Shown: positions 11,707-22,726 of the stretch, in pieces | Layout of the letters: each line of letters starts with the position of its first letter | Position numbering within the stretch: the first letter of the stretch is position 1 | IMG/VR virus record: IMGVR_UViG_3300031992_000028 | Source: a virus | Lineage: Duplodnaviria > Caudoviricetes | Strand: one strand, 5' to 3' | DNA length: 64,000 bases | Notes under the pieces: model-generated | What the model was told of the DNA's origin: nothing | The model's database searches: none | The model's input: only the letters and a program-made list of their open reading frames with translations | Program-made: the position numbers and the translations under genes

Positions 11707-14042
11707 TGACTGGCTTTGATATTAATCTATGCATTCCAACAGAAGAAGACTTTAGAGAAGTAGCCGAAGCAAAAGTTACTAATGATAAAAGTAGGGCCCT
11801 CGGTGGTTTTTCTTGTTTAGATGATACCAATGCTCCTTATTATTACCTATTAGTTCGTAGATTTTTTGCTTGTATGCTTTTAAAATGAACTGAAGCAGCA
11901 AAAGCCTGTGAAAATTTACTAATTAGCACCAAAGATAGCACTTATGATAAAGATGCAATTAAGCAGCTTATCGATTTAGTCAGAAGCTACAAAGATAAAT
12001 TTGTTGATTCTTATAATAAATATAAAGGGTCGCAAGATATTCAAGCACCTACTATAACTTTTGGTAAAAAGAAAAATCATGAAGTTACACCTACAGACCG
12101 AGTAAGTGCTCGTGCAGGAGAAATTAAAATCACAACACATGGCAAAACAACTAATTTTTACCGAATTGTTGCTTATGATATGCGTTATGGTGGCAGTGGT
12201 GCTAGACGTGGTATCGTATTTGGTAAAAAAGAAGGTAATTTATATACTATAAGAATTATTGGTAATGACCAAATGAAGGGCAACCAATTATATAATTCAG
12301 TATTTTTTAAATCAATAAATGAAGCTAAAATATTTATTGCAAATATTAATTATAATAATATAAATACTGCGTATGAGCTTGATAGCTTTAGATATTGTAT
12401 TTCAGACGAACCAATTAGCTCTCAGCATTATGATTGATCTGCCGGCAGCGGTGGTAAATGACTAACTGCTGAAGTAGATAATTTAAATGATGCAGTTCAA
12501 GTAAATACTATGTGTGGAAAAGCTTATATATTAAAACGAAGTGAATATTGCAAAGAAGCATTGGAGATAAAAAATATGAATGAAGCAGTTGAAAAACATG
12601 ACACATTAAACCCAAAACTTTTTGAAAATAATAAGTTAAAGGCTGAAGTAAGACAAAAAGCCCAAGATATTATTAATGAATTTTTAAAAATTTTAGCCGA
12701 AGAAGAAGTTAAAATTAATATTAGAGATGTTATCTTAACTGGCTCAAATGCAAGCTATAATTATACAAAAGACAGTGATGTTGATTTACATGTAATTGCT
12801 GAAACAAAATCACTTAATGACCAAGCTGACCTATATGCTAAGTTATATAGAGCTTATGGTAGAATTTTTGGAAATAAGTTTGAAATATCTTTCTATGGAA
12901 TTCCTGTTGAAATTTATGTAGAAACAGAAGCTGACCCAGTTGTAAGTAATGGTATTTACTCTGTTATGTATGATAAATGGGTAAAAGAGCCAAGTGCTGT
13001 TGCAATTCCTGAAATTGACCAAAAAGCTATTGATGCTGCATCTAAACCTTGAATTGATGAAGCTAAGGAATTAATTAAAGAAGTTGATGATAATATTGCA
13101 GATGGTGAAGAAAAAATTGATGATTATATTACAAGACTTTATGAGCTTCGTCAAAAGGGTATTTATAGCTCTGTTGGAAATGAATATTCTACTGAAAATT
13201 TAGTCTTTAAAGAAGTTAGAAATGCAGGTTTATTAGATAAGCTTAAAAAATTAAAAAATGTTATTATTTCTAAAAAATTATCTTTAGAAGAAGGCATTAA
13301 GTATTTAGATGATAACCATGAATTTAAAGACTATGGAACTGGCGATGCTCATGAAACAGATGTAATTGATATTCATAAAGCTAGCACATTCTCAACACAA
13401 GATTTATTAGATGGATCAGTTGATGCTGCTTATGATGGTGTTATTTATGAAATAGTTGAAATGACACCAACTCAATACTTTGAATTATGCTCTAAAATTC
13501 AGGGTATGAAACCAGATGAAATTATTGATTTTATTGGTGCTGATGAGAGACAACTTGCTCATATTAAAGATGTTATTCTAAAATATGGTAAGAAACTTCC
13601 ACTTCCTTACGTCAGTTTCAGTTCAGTTGATGAAGTTAGCGGCCAAGAAGGCAGACATAGAATGTATGCTCTTGGTGAAATGTTCGGTTGGGACGAAGAC
13701 TTCCCAGTTATGCTTATTCAAGATGCAAGCTCTAAGAAAACATTAGGTGAGCTCTTAAATGAATCTATTACAGAAGACTTCTATTTAGACGAAAAAACAA
13801 GACGTAATTATATTACAAAAATTACTCAATTAATTCACAATCAACCAGTTATTCAACAAAATGGTTTATTTGAAATTCATAATATTAAAGAAGATGAATA
13901 TCAAGCAGTTTTAAATGCTTTGAGACGTCAACCTTGAATTGATTATGTTCATGCTACAGCAGGCAAATTTGATTTTAACAAAATATCTTATCAAGGTATG
14001 CCAAGTAGATTATATACAATTTCTGGTAAAATTAAAATCTAA
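11706..14042 (+). CDS. Multidomain protein: paralog domain + Pol-beta-type nucleotidyltransferase + ParB/Srx-like domain + small C-terminal module (778 aa with TGA=Trp; possible internal start at 12576)
   Basis: Fragments 11706, 12180, 12510 and 13461 in one frame to TAA 14040-14042; LTGSNASYNY..SDVDLH (GS, DxD), PVEIYVE, ENLVFKEVR; QEGRHR; GGAG plus ATG at 12576. Confidence 0.75.
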
Positions 14043-14055
14043 TTAAAAAACCAAT

Positions 14056-14090
14056 TAAAATAAAGCCCTAAATTGGGCTTTTTATTTTAT
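14056..14090 (+). terminator. Intrinsic terminator
   Basis: AAAGCCC-TAAATT-GGGCTTT followed by T-rich tract. Confidence 0.75.
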
Positions 14091-14106
14091 TTTTATTAAA
14101 TCAATT

Positions 14107-14122
14107 TGCTAAATTATACTGA
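14107..14122 (+). promoter_or_regulatory. Putative late promoter TGCTAAATTATACTGA
   Basis: Recurrent intergenic motif following a terminator. Confidence 0.65.
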
Positions 14123-14148
14123 GAAATGCTTCAATAAGGAGGCCACAT

Positions 14149-16026
14149 ATGACAAAAGAGCAAGCTAAAATAATTTATAAAGACGTTATTAACCAGTTTG
14201 GCTTTATCAATAATCCAGCCAGTGTTGACGCTGTTTATGTTTTAAGAAATGGACAATTTTTAGATACTTGTGGTGGTTATCCAACTCATCAACACATTAA
14301 TGTAGCAAAGTATATCTCAGAAAAATATAAATTTAATGATATTAATACTTTAAATAATGGTAGCAAGTTTATGATGTATGTTGCTGGTGCAGTTAAAATT
14401 ACTTGCTGGAACCAAGGTAAAGGAATTAAAGGTATTTATTTACCAAAAGCTGAATTAGTAGAAAAACAATATAAAGCTATTGAAGAATTTGTTGCTAGAA
14501 TTGCTAGAAATGTTACTGAAGATTGGCCTCTTTGAATTGCTTCTTGGGATGAAGGACAACAAATTGAGTATACAAAATCTTACCAACTTGAAAAAAGAGT
14601 CTTAGAAGATATTAAGTATTATTATAATTCCGGGGCTCTTGAACTCACTGAAGAAGTGTTAACTGAAAAGATAGTCAAAGTTGGAAGTAAGTGGCAAGTT
14701 CAATCTGAAAAAGGTAGAAATATGGGAACATATGATACTAAAAAAGAAGCACAAAAAAGATTAAGTCAAGTAGAGTATTTTAAGCATATGAATGAAGAAG
14801 TAAATTCTACAACACTTTATCATTTATCTGAAAAAGAACTTATAGATACCTTAACTCCAAGAGTTCCTAAAAGTGACTTTGAAGACCAAGAAACTCCACG
14901 AATTTGTTTTAGTACCTCTATTCAAGGGTCTTTAATTGGAATAAATGAAGATAAAGATATTACTGGAAAAGAATTTTATGTATATACCTTAAATACCACT
15001 GATTACTATAAACCAACACAAGAAGAAGTCAATGATGTAAATATTACAAATGAAGTTTGATACTTACATGATTATGAACCAGAGTTTGCTTATAAAATCA
15101 AAGTAACTGGCAAAGATGGAACTAAAAAAGTATCATTAAATGGCGAAGAAGTTGAGGTACCTATCTGAAGCTATAAGAAAATTATGACTGAAGCTTTATT
15201 AGAAGACACAAGAAATATGCTAGTTTCTAAGTCAAGAAGTGTTGGACAGTATAGAGACCAATCCCGTGGCAAAAATAGATTTGAGCGTAAAAGATTATCT
15301 CAAATTGCTAGAACTGTTAAACAATATAACCAAATTGATATGAACAAATTATTCAAAGAAGATTTATTAATTGTTCATATTCCAGTTCAAGGAGAGACAG
15401 ACCAATATACTGTTTCAGTTAAAATGGAAGGTGTTGTTGCTGAAATTGCTAAAAATATTAAAAATAATAAAAACCAATTTGAGTATCGAACAGTTATTCA
15501 AGCTTTAACAAAAGTATTTAATTCTCAAAATATTTATGTTAAATGCACTTGTGATGACTATAAATATAGATTTGCTCACTGAAATATTGTAAATAATGTT
15601 TCTGTTGATGATACAGCCAGTGATCCAGGTCCAGGCAAAGGAATTAGAAACCCAAATGACGACAAAGGCCGTGGCTGTAAACATGTTTTATTAGTTTTAG
15701 CTAATGGTGACTGATTATTGAAAGTTGCCTCAGTTATTAGTAATTATGTCCATTATGCAGAAGAGCATTTACAAAAACCATTCTTAAAAGTTATTTTTCC
15801 TAAACTTTATGGAATTCCAGCTGATGAAATGGTTGAACAAGATTTAGTTGATGATGATAAGTATTTAGATTCATCAACTGGCTTAATTGATGCTATAAAT
15901 GATTACGGTAAAAATCGTGGCAAATATCAAAAAGGCTCAAATAAAAATCCTATTACTGGAACTGGTGGCAGAGCCAAAAAAGAAGAAAAACCAGAAGAAG
16001 AAAATACTGAAGAAGAGGAAAAATAA
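14149..16026 (+). CDS. Modular protein: unknown domain + small basic domain + putative ADP-ribosyltransferase-like domain + SWIM Zn-finger domain (625 aa with TGA=Trp)
   Basis: Fragments 14149, 14656, 15184 and 15718 in one frame; LYHLS..PRVP..PRICFSTSI..E-V-W; CTC...CKH SWIM signature; linkers LTEEVLTE, MNEE, MTEALLE. Confidence 0.7.
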
Positions 16027-16064
16027 TATAATATTAAAAATATTGTATTATATATTGTATAATT

Positions 16065-18167
16065 ATGTCAGAAAAATTAGATATAAATATTCCTGAAATT
16101 AAAGTGCCAGAAGCTAAATTACCAAATATAGACTTATCTGCTTTAAATGGTTTATCACCAGAAGAGCGTGAGTTAGCTTTTTCAATGTTAAAAGAAATTG
16201 CTCAAACTGGCGAGTCTAAGACCTTGGAGCAACTTAAATATGGTGACTTTGAAGAAATTCCAGTAGATATACATACGTTCCTCCATGATAAAAAATATCT
16301 TGGAAATGGCTTATATGACCAAGATGGTCGATTTACGCTCTTCCCTTATTGAGAAAAAACTCTTGAAAAAATATTCCCTGATAATATAACAACTGCCTAC
16401 AATACATTGATATTGACTGGCTCTATTGGTATAGGTAAATCAACATGTGCTGTTATTTGTCAATTATACATGCTTTATAGATTACTCTGTCTCAAAGACC
16501 CTTATCTATATTATGGCATGCAACCAATTGATAAAATTACAATTTCATTAATGAACATCACTATTGAAAACGCAAAAGGTGTTGCTCTTGATAAATTAAA
16601 TCAATTGATATTGTCTAGCGACTGATTTATGAGCCATGGCGAAATGCATGGTACAACTAATATGATTTATGTTCCTGAAAAGCATATTGAATTCGTATGT
16701 GCTTCCAGTAACAATCAAATCATAGGTCGTGCGCTATTCTGCAATTTCTCAGATGAAGTTAACTTTGATGCTAGAAGCACAAATGTAGAAAGACAAAAAG
16801 CGAGATTAAAACAAATCATCTCTCAAGTCGATTCTCGTATGGCATCAAGATTTTTAAGAGGTGAATATTTACCAACATTAAATATTATTGCTTCTTCTAA
16901 AGCTTCAGACCAATCATTCCTTGATGACTATATTGAAACTAAGAGAAAAAATGAGTCTAAAACAACATTAGTTATTGATGAACCTCAGTGGGTTGTTGAT
17001 AGCAGAAAACAAACAGGCAAATGGTTTAAAGTTGCTATTGGCGATAGATTTCTTCCAAATGAACTTTTACCAGAAAATGCAACTGAAGAAATTGTAAAAG
17101 AATATTGAAATAAAGGCTATACAAGAATTATTGATGTCCCAAGTGGCTATTTAGAAAAATTTAGAGATAATCTTGAATTAGCATTAACAGATATTGCTGG
17201 TATCTCAACGGCCAGTGCCACTAAATATATTTCAGGTGTCTCATGGAATGCTATTAAAACAGACTATGAAAACCCATTTACAAAAGAAATTATTGAAGTT
17301 GGTAATAGCCCAGATGATCATGCTCAATATGCAAATTTCTTTGATTTAAGTAAAGTTCCACCTGAATGAAGATCTAGACCAATGTGAATACATCTTGATA
17401 TGTCGTCTGGTTCATTAGGTAAAGGCGACAAAACTGGTATTGCTGGTATCTGAATTAAAGGTAAACGCCCATCTGTTGAAGGTGAAGATATTACTAGAGA
17501 AATGTATTATAAAGTTGCATTCTCTGTTTCTATTAAGGCTCCAAAAGGCTATTCAATTAGCTTTGCAAAACATAGAAACTTTATTAGATGATTAAGAGAC
17601 CAAGGGTTTGCTATTAAAGGTATTTCATGCGATACTTGGGGCGGACCAATGATGCAACAAGAATTAAAGTCAGATGGTTTTGAAGTTAAAACTGTTTCTG
17701 TTGACCGTGTTGATAATAAAACACATCAACAAACTCAATATGCTTACTTCAAAAATACAATGACAGACAGACGTTTAGAAGTCTATAAAAAATGTGATTT
17801 CTTAACTGAAGAAGTCCTTGGACTTGAAAGATTATCAGACGGGCACATTGAACACCCTGATGCTGGCCGTTCAGGTAGTAAGGACCAAATTGATGCTGTT
17901 GTTGGTGCATTATGGAATGCGTCACAAAATGCTGAAGAATATGCTTACAATTATGGTGATAATATTGATGCTGCTTTAAATGTAAGTATGGAAGACCTAA
18001 ATGAAAAAGATAAACAACAATTAGTAATCGACTATCAAGAAGAGCTAAAAAGAATTTATATGGAAACATATAAAGAGCTTGATAATGTTGAAACTGAACA
18101 ACGTAAAAAGCAGCAAAAAGAATATGAATACTTAAAAGATATTAGTGATGGTATCTTTGTATTATAA
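16065..18167 (+). CDS. terL: Terminase large subunit (700 aa, 7 TGA=Trp by manual count)
   Basis: Fragments join in frame; Walker A TGSIGIGKST, Walker B FSDEV, nuclease IHLDMS and KDQIDAV; directly upstream of portal. Confidence 0.9.
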
Positions 18168-18185
18168 ATTAAAGGAGAATAAATT

Positions 18186-20150
18186 ATGGCTGAAACTAAG
18201 AAAAAAACAACAAAGCCAAAAAGCTCCCTGATTGGTAATCAGGCAAAACCAGTGGTACTGGATTCCACAACCAAATTAGATATTGATACTAATAAAGTAT
18301 TAATTGACAACATCATTGAAGCTGGCTTACAAAGTAAGCTTGATATTGGTGCACTTGATAGATTTACTTCTATCTCAAATGCAAGAGACCAAGTATATCA
18401 ACTTATCGATACCATGTGTAATGACTCAGCAGTATCTGCAATTGTCAGAACTTATACAGATGATGTTTGTGAAATGAATGACAATGGCCATATTGTATGA
18501 TGTGAATCTCAAGATCCTAACATCAGTAAATTCGTCAACTACTTGCTTAATGTCATGAACGTCGACAAAAACATCGGCAAGTGGGTTTACTGCTTAATCA
18601 AATATGGTGATGTTTATTTAAGACTTTATCGTGAATCAGACTATCATGATGTATTATTTAAAGGCGATAGCACAAGACAAGCATTAAATGAGGCAATTAA
18701 TTTATCAATTCATAGTGCTGATGACAACTATAGCTATTATGTTGAAATGGTACCAGACCCATCTACAATGTTTGAGTTAACAAGACATGGACAAACATTT
18801 GGTTATATTGAAACACCAAATCAACCAAATAATATTGATATGACCTCATATGTCGGTGGAACAACTGGTATGATGTCTGGAAATAGTAATGGTGCTTATA
18901 CATTTGCTTATAAATCAAGTGATGTTAATATCTATCAAGCAGATGATTTTGTACACGCTGCTCTTGAAGATAATATTACACGTTTCCCAGAAACAGTTGA
19001 CTTATTCTATGAAGATTTAGAAGATACAAAAGCAGCTAAAAGAAAAACTGGCAGCTCAACTGGATCTGGTACAACTAGCCAAAGTTATACTGTTAGACGT
19101 GGTAAATCATTACTATATGATTCATATAAAATTTGGAGAGAAAAAGCATTACTTGAAGCAGCTGTATTATTAAGCCGTATTACTCGTTCAGGCATCGTTA
19201 GAAAAGTTGCTGTTGAAGTTGGTGATATGCCAAAAGAGCAAGTTCAACAAACTTTAAGAAGAGTTAAAGAAATGTTTGAACAACGTGCAGCATATCAAGA
19301 TGGTAAATCATTCTCTGAATATACAAACCCAAGCCCAGTAGAAAACTTTATCTATTATGCTACACATAATGGGCAAGGTAATATTACAGTTGAGTCTGTT
19401 GGTGGTGATTTCGACCCAAAACAATTAACAGACTTAGACTGGTGGAATAATAAATTCTATTCATCTTATGGTATTCCAAAACAATACTTTGGTTGGACAG
19501 AAGACGGTGCAGGCTTCAATGGCGGCGCATCATTAACTATTATTTCTAGCGTTTATAGTAAAGGTGTTAAGAGAATTCAAAATACTATTTTACAAGCTAT
19601 TACAGATGCAATTAATCTTATATTATTAAATAAAGGTTGTAAATCTTACTTAAATAACTTTGTATTAAAAATGAGAGCTCCATTAACACAAGAAGAGCAA
19701 GACTATCGTGCTAACTTTGCAGATAGAGTTACAGCTATTAGTAATGTAAATGGTTTATTCTCAGATGTTGAAGACAAAGCAAGAAGATTAACCATCTTAA
19801 AATCACTTATTTCTTCGTTACATCTTGGAGATGATGTTATTGCTGAAATTCAAAAAGAAATTGATGCAGCTAAAGAAGCAGCTAAGAAAGCTGCTGCTGA
19901 AGAAGAAGCTAATACTAATACAGAAACCGGCGGAGAAGAAACAAGTGAGAAAGCTGTTGAAATTCCTGAAACAGAAGAAGCTCCTGCTGAAGAAGACCTT
20001 GATTTAGGCATGGCATCTGTAGCAACTGAAGAATTTAAACCAGCCCCAGGGACCTCTCAATTAAATGAGGAGCAATTATTTGAAGATGAAGATAATCTCC
20101 CAACTCCAGAAGAGGCTGATTCTGAAAGAGACTTCACCGAAAATAAATAA
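18186..20150 (+). CDS. Portal protein, T4 gp20-like (654 aa, one TGA at 18498-18500)
   Basis: KYGDVYL, VEVGDMP, DLDWWNNKFYSSYGIPKQY motifs; position after terminase. Confidence 0.85.
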
Positions 20151-20176
20151 TTAATATTTGAAAGGAAACATTAATT

Positions 20177-20650
20177 ATGATTACAAAAAATGATTGTTTA
20201 TCTATCTTAACTAAACTTGATGAAAGTGGCGTTAGTGATGTTAACCCATATGTTCGTAAACTTGTTGTAGCCAGAGACATTCCATTAGAGGTTTTAAAGT
20301 TTATTCATGATAATCGTGGGCTAGAAGTAAGTAAATTCTATGAAATGCTAAGAAAAAGCCACAATCAAAAGAAATCTCCATTGTATACAAATATATTAAA
20401 AGACATTGAAGACCCTCAAGAAGTAGTTACAACTTTATCTTGTTTACTCACCCAAATCTTGTTGTATGGTAAAAAGCTAGAAAATGCTGATCAATTCTTT
20501 AGAGAAGTTAGAGCTGAAGAATTAACAAGAGTATTAAATAACTATTTCAAAACTGGTTTATATGAAGAATGCTTGAATTTGATTAAATTACTTAAATCAG
20601 ACTTACTTGTATTAGAGTATATTGCAGGAAGACGAGATATTGCAGCTTAA
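20177..20650 (+). CDS. Hypothetical protein (157 aa)
   Basis: Intact ORF with AAAGGA RBS between portal and protease. Confidence 0.75.
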   Translation: MITKNDCLSILTKLDESGVSDVNPYVRKLVVARDIPLEVLKFIHDNRGLEVSKFYEMLRKSHNQKKSPLYTNILKDIEDPQEVVTTLSCLLTQILLYGKKLENADQFFREVRAEELTRVLNNYFKTGLYEECLNLIKLLKSDLLVLEYIAGRRDIAA

Positions 20651-20676
20651 TTTATAATATAATAAATTAAAATAAT

Positions 20677-20708
20677 GGCCCAGAAAAATAAAATTTCTGG
20701 GCTTTTTA
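20677..20708 (+). terminator. Intrinsic terminator
   Basis: GCCCAGAAA...TTTCTGGGC followed by TTTTT. Confidence 0.75.
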
Positions 20709-20737
20709 TTATTTTATTAAAGCTTTTTAAAATTATT

Positions 20738-20841
20738 CGCTAAATTAATTGATAAATAAGCAATAAAGTAAAATAATAAATTTTTTAATAAATTAATAAA
20801 TTATTAAAATTAGTATTTAACTTTTCGCTAAATTAATTAGA
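20738..20841 (+). promoter_or_regulatory. Tandem putative late promoters (CGCTAAATTAATTGA at 20738; CGCTAAATTAATTAGA at 20826)
   Basis: Two copies of the recurrent motif upstream of the protease-capsid operon. Confidence 0.7.
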
Positions 20842-20878
20842 CTATTGTGTCTAATAGATAAAATAAGGAGACTGAGAA

Positions 20879-22687
20879 ATGGACGCTAATAAAAACAGAA
20901 AAGTTTTAGAAGCATTGCAAATGCAACCATTATCTGAAGAAGAAAAGTCAGCTCGTCATATTCTTGGTAGACTTTATGGACCTATTGCGACCTGTAAAGA
21001 AAAAACAAGAAATGGTCGTGGCTATAATAAAGAGCTTTGGGAAAAAGCCCTTAGCGATGAAATCTTCAAAGAAAAACTTGCTACAAAAAGTTTATTCTTA
21101 GAGTTAGGCCACCCAGCTGATAGAGAAGAAACAGACATGACTTGTGTTTGTGCCTGTATCCCAGAAATGCCTAAAATTGTCAATGATGATTTATATGCTT
21201 ATGTTGATATCTTAGACACACCTAATGGCAAATTATTAAAAACACTTTGTGATTACGGCTTTGTTCCTGGCATCTCTTCAAGAGGTTCCGGTGATATTAT
21301 GGCCAACGATGAAGTTGACCCTGAAACATTCTTCTTAGAAACATGGGACATCGTTCAACTTCCTGCTGTTAAAAAAGCAAGACTTGCAATGTGTGAAAGT
21401 TTTGATGGCAAAAAACCATTAAAAGCAGTATTACAAGAAAGCTATGATGCTGCTAATGACGAAGATAAAAAAGTAATGAAAGAATCGTTAGATAACTTAG
21501 ATATTAAATTAGACGAACCTATTGAAGAGGAAATTCCTATTGAAGATCCAGAAGCTCCAATTGAAGAAACATTAGTTGAAGCTGAAGAGACTGTTGAGGA
21601 ACCTGTTGAAGAAACTCCAGTTGAAGAAACTGAAGAAACTCCTGCAGAAGAAACTGAGACTCCTGTTGAAGAAGAGCCAAAAGTAGAAGAAGTTGCTTGG
21701 ACAGTTGGAGACTTCAAAAATAGTTTAAATGATTATGATGAAAGCCGTTCACTTGAATGGAAACCAATTATAATTGATAATGTTGAATACCCTATTACTG
21801 GCATTGTATTTGATGACAGTGAAGAAGGAAAACTTATTACAGAAGTTAGTTATACTCTTCCTAAAGAAGAGAATACTATAAATGATGAAGAAGCGGTTGC
21901 TGAAGAGCCTGCTGAAAGTGAGCCAGAAGTTTCTACTGAAGAAGCTGGTGATGCCGGAGATGATGAAGTAATTGAAAGCTTAAAAGAAGCAGTTCGTCAG
22001 AAAGACCTACTTGAAAGTGAAGTCCGAGATCTTAAAAATCAAAAGACAGTCAGTGATGCCGAAGTACAAGGTTTGAAAGAAGAGCTTGAGAAATACAAGG
22101 GCGGCTTCATAAGAGTAAGTGAACTTGCATCTAAATCAACAAGTCTCACTAAGGAAAATAAAGTCCTTAAAGAGCAATTAAATCTTAAAGATACTGAAAT
22201 CAAAGATTTAAAACAAAAAGTCGAAAACCACATCAGTTTAACAGAAAGTGTTAATGCTGAAAAAGCAACAGTTAAAGATTTAACTGAAAAATTAGCTAAA
22301 GTTCAAGCTGAAGCTGAAGAAACAGAAAAATCATTAACTGAAGAGCTTGAAGCCAGCAAAAAGAAAGCTCAAGATAGAACAAATCTTGCGAAATCTTATA
22401 AAGCTAAATATGATGCTGTTGTAGAGCGCTATGTTGCTAATAAAGCAAAGATGCTTGGTGTTAGACCTCAAGATATTACTAGCAAGCTTGTCGAGAACTA
22501 CTCGCTAGATGATATCGACAATGTTTGCAATGAGCTACTTAATGAAAGTAGACCTCAATTCGGTTTGGTTGGTGGTAATCCAAGAGTAAGAGTCAATGAG
22601 TCAGTCAAATCTGAAAAGAAAGTGATTGATCCAGACAATGGCTACGAAATTGACGATGACTTGCTAATTCTAGCCGGATTGAAATAA
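20879..22687 (+). CDS. Prohead protease (T4 gp21-like) fused to acidic/coiled-coil scaffold
   Basis: NGRGY, ELGHP, GISSRGSG and WDIV..PA motifs; C-terminal coiled coil with many L-x-E sites. Confidence 0.9.
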   Translation: MDANKNRKVLEALQMQPLSEEEKSARHILGRLYGPIATCKEKTRNGRGYNKELWEKALSDEIFKEKLATKSLFLELGHPADREETDMTCVCACIPEMPKIVNDDLYAYVDILDTPNGKLLKTLCDYGFVPGISSRGSGDIMANDEVDPETFFLETWDIVQLPAVKKARLAMCESFDGKKPLKAVLQESYDAANDEDKKVMKESLDNLDIKLDEPIEEEIPIEDPEAPIEETLVEAEETVEEPVEETPVEETEETPAEETETPVEEEPKVEEVAWTVGDFKNSLNDYDESRSLEWKPIIIDNVEYPITGIVFDDSEEGKLITEVSYTLPKEENTINDEEAVAEEPAESEPEVSTEEAGDAGDDEVIESLKEAVRQKDLLESEVRDLKNQKTVSDAEVQGLKEELEKYKGGFIRVSELASKSTSLTKENKVLKEQLNLKDTEIKDLKQKVENHISLTESVNAEKATVKDLTEKLAKVQAEAEETEKSLTEELEASKKKAQDRTNLAKSYKAKYDAVVERYVANKAKMLGVRPQDITSKLVENYSLDDIDNVCNELLNESRPQFGLVGGNPRVRVNESVKSEKKVIDPDNGYEIDDDLLILAGLK

Positions 22688-22726
22688 GCTGACAACTTAC
22701 TGTCAATAATTAAATAGGAGAAAACA

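Noticed and set aside
20651-20878. tRNA or ncRNA in the long AT-rich intergenic gap
   Set aside because: Explained by a terminator and two promoter motifs; no cloverleaf was recognisable here or elsewhere in the window
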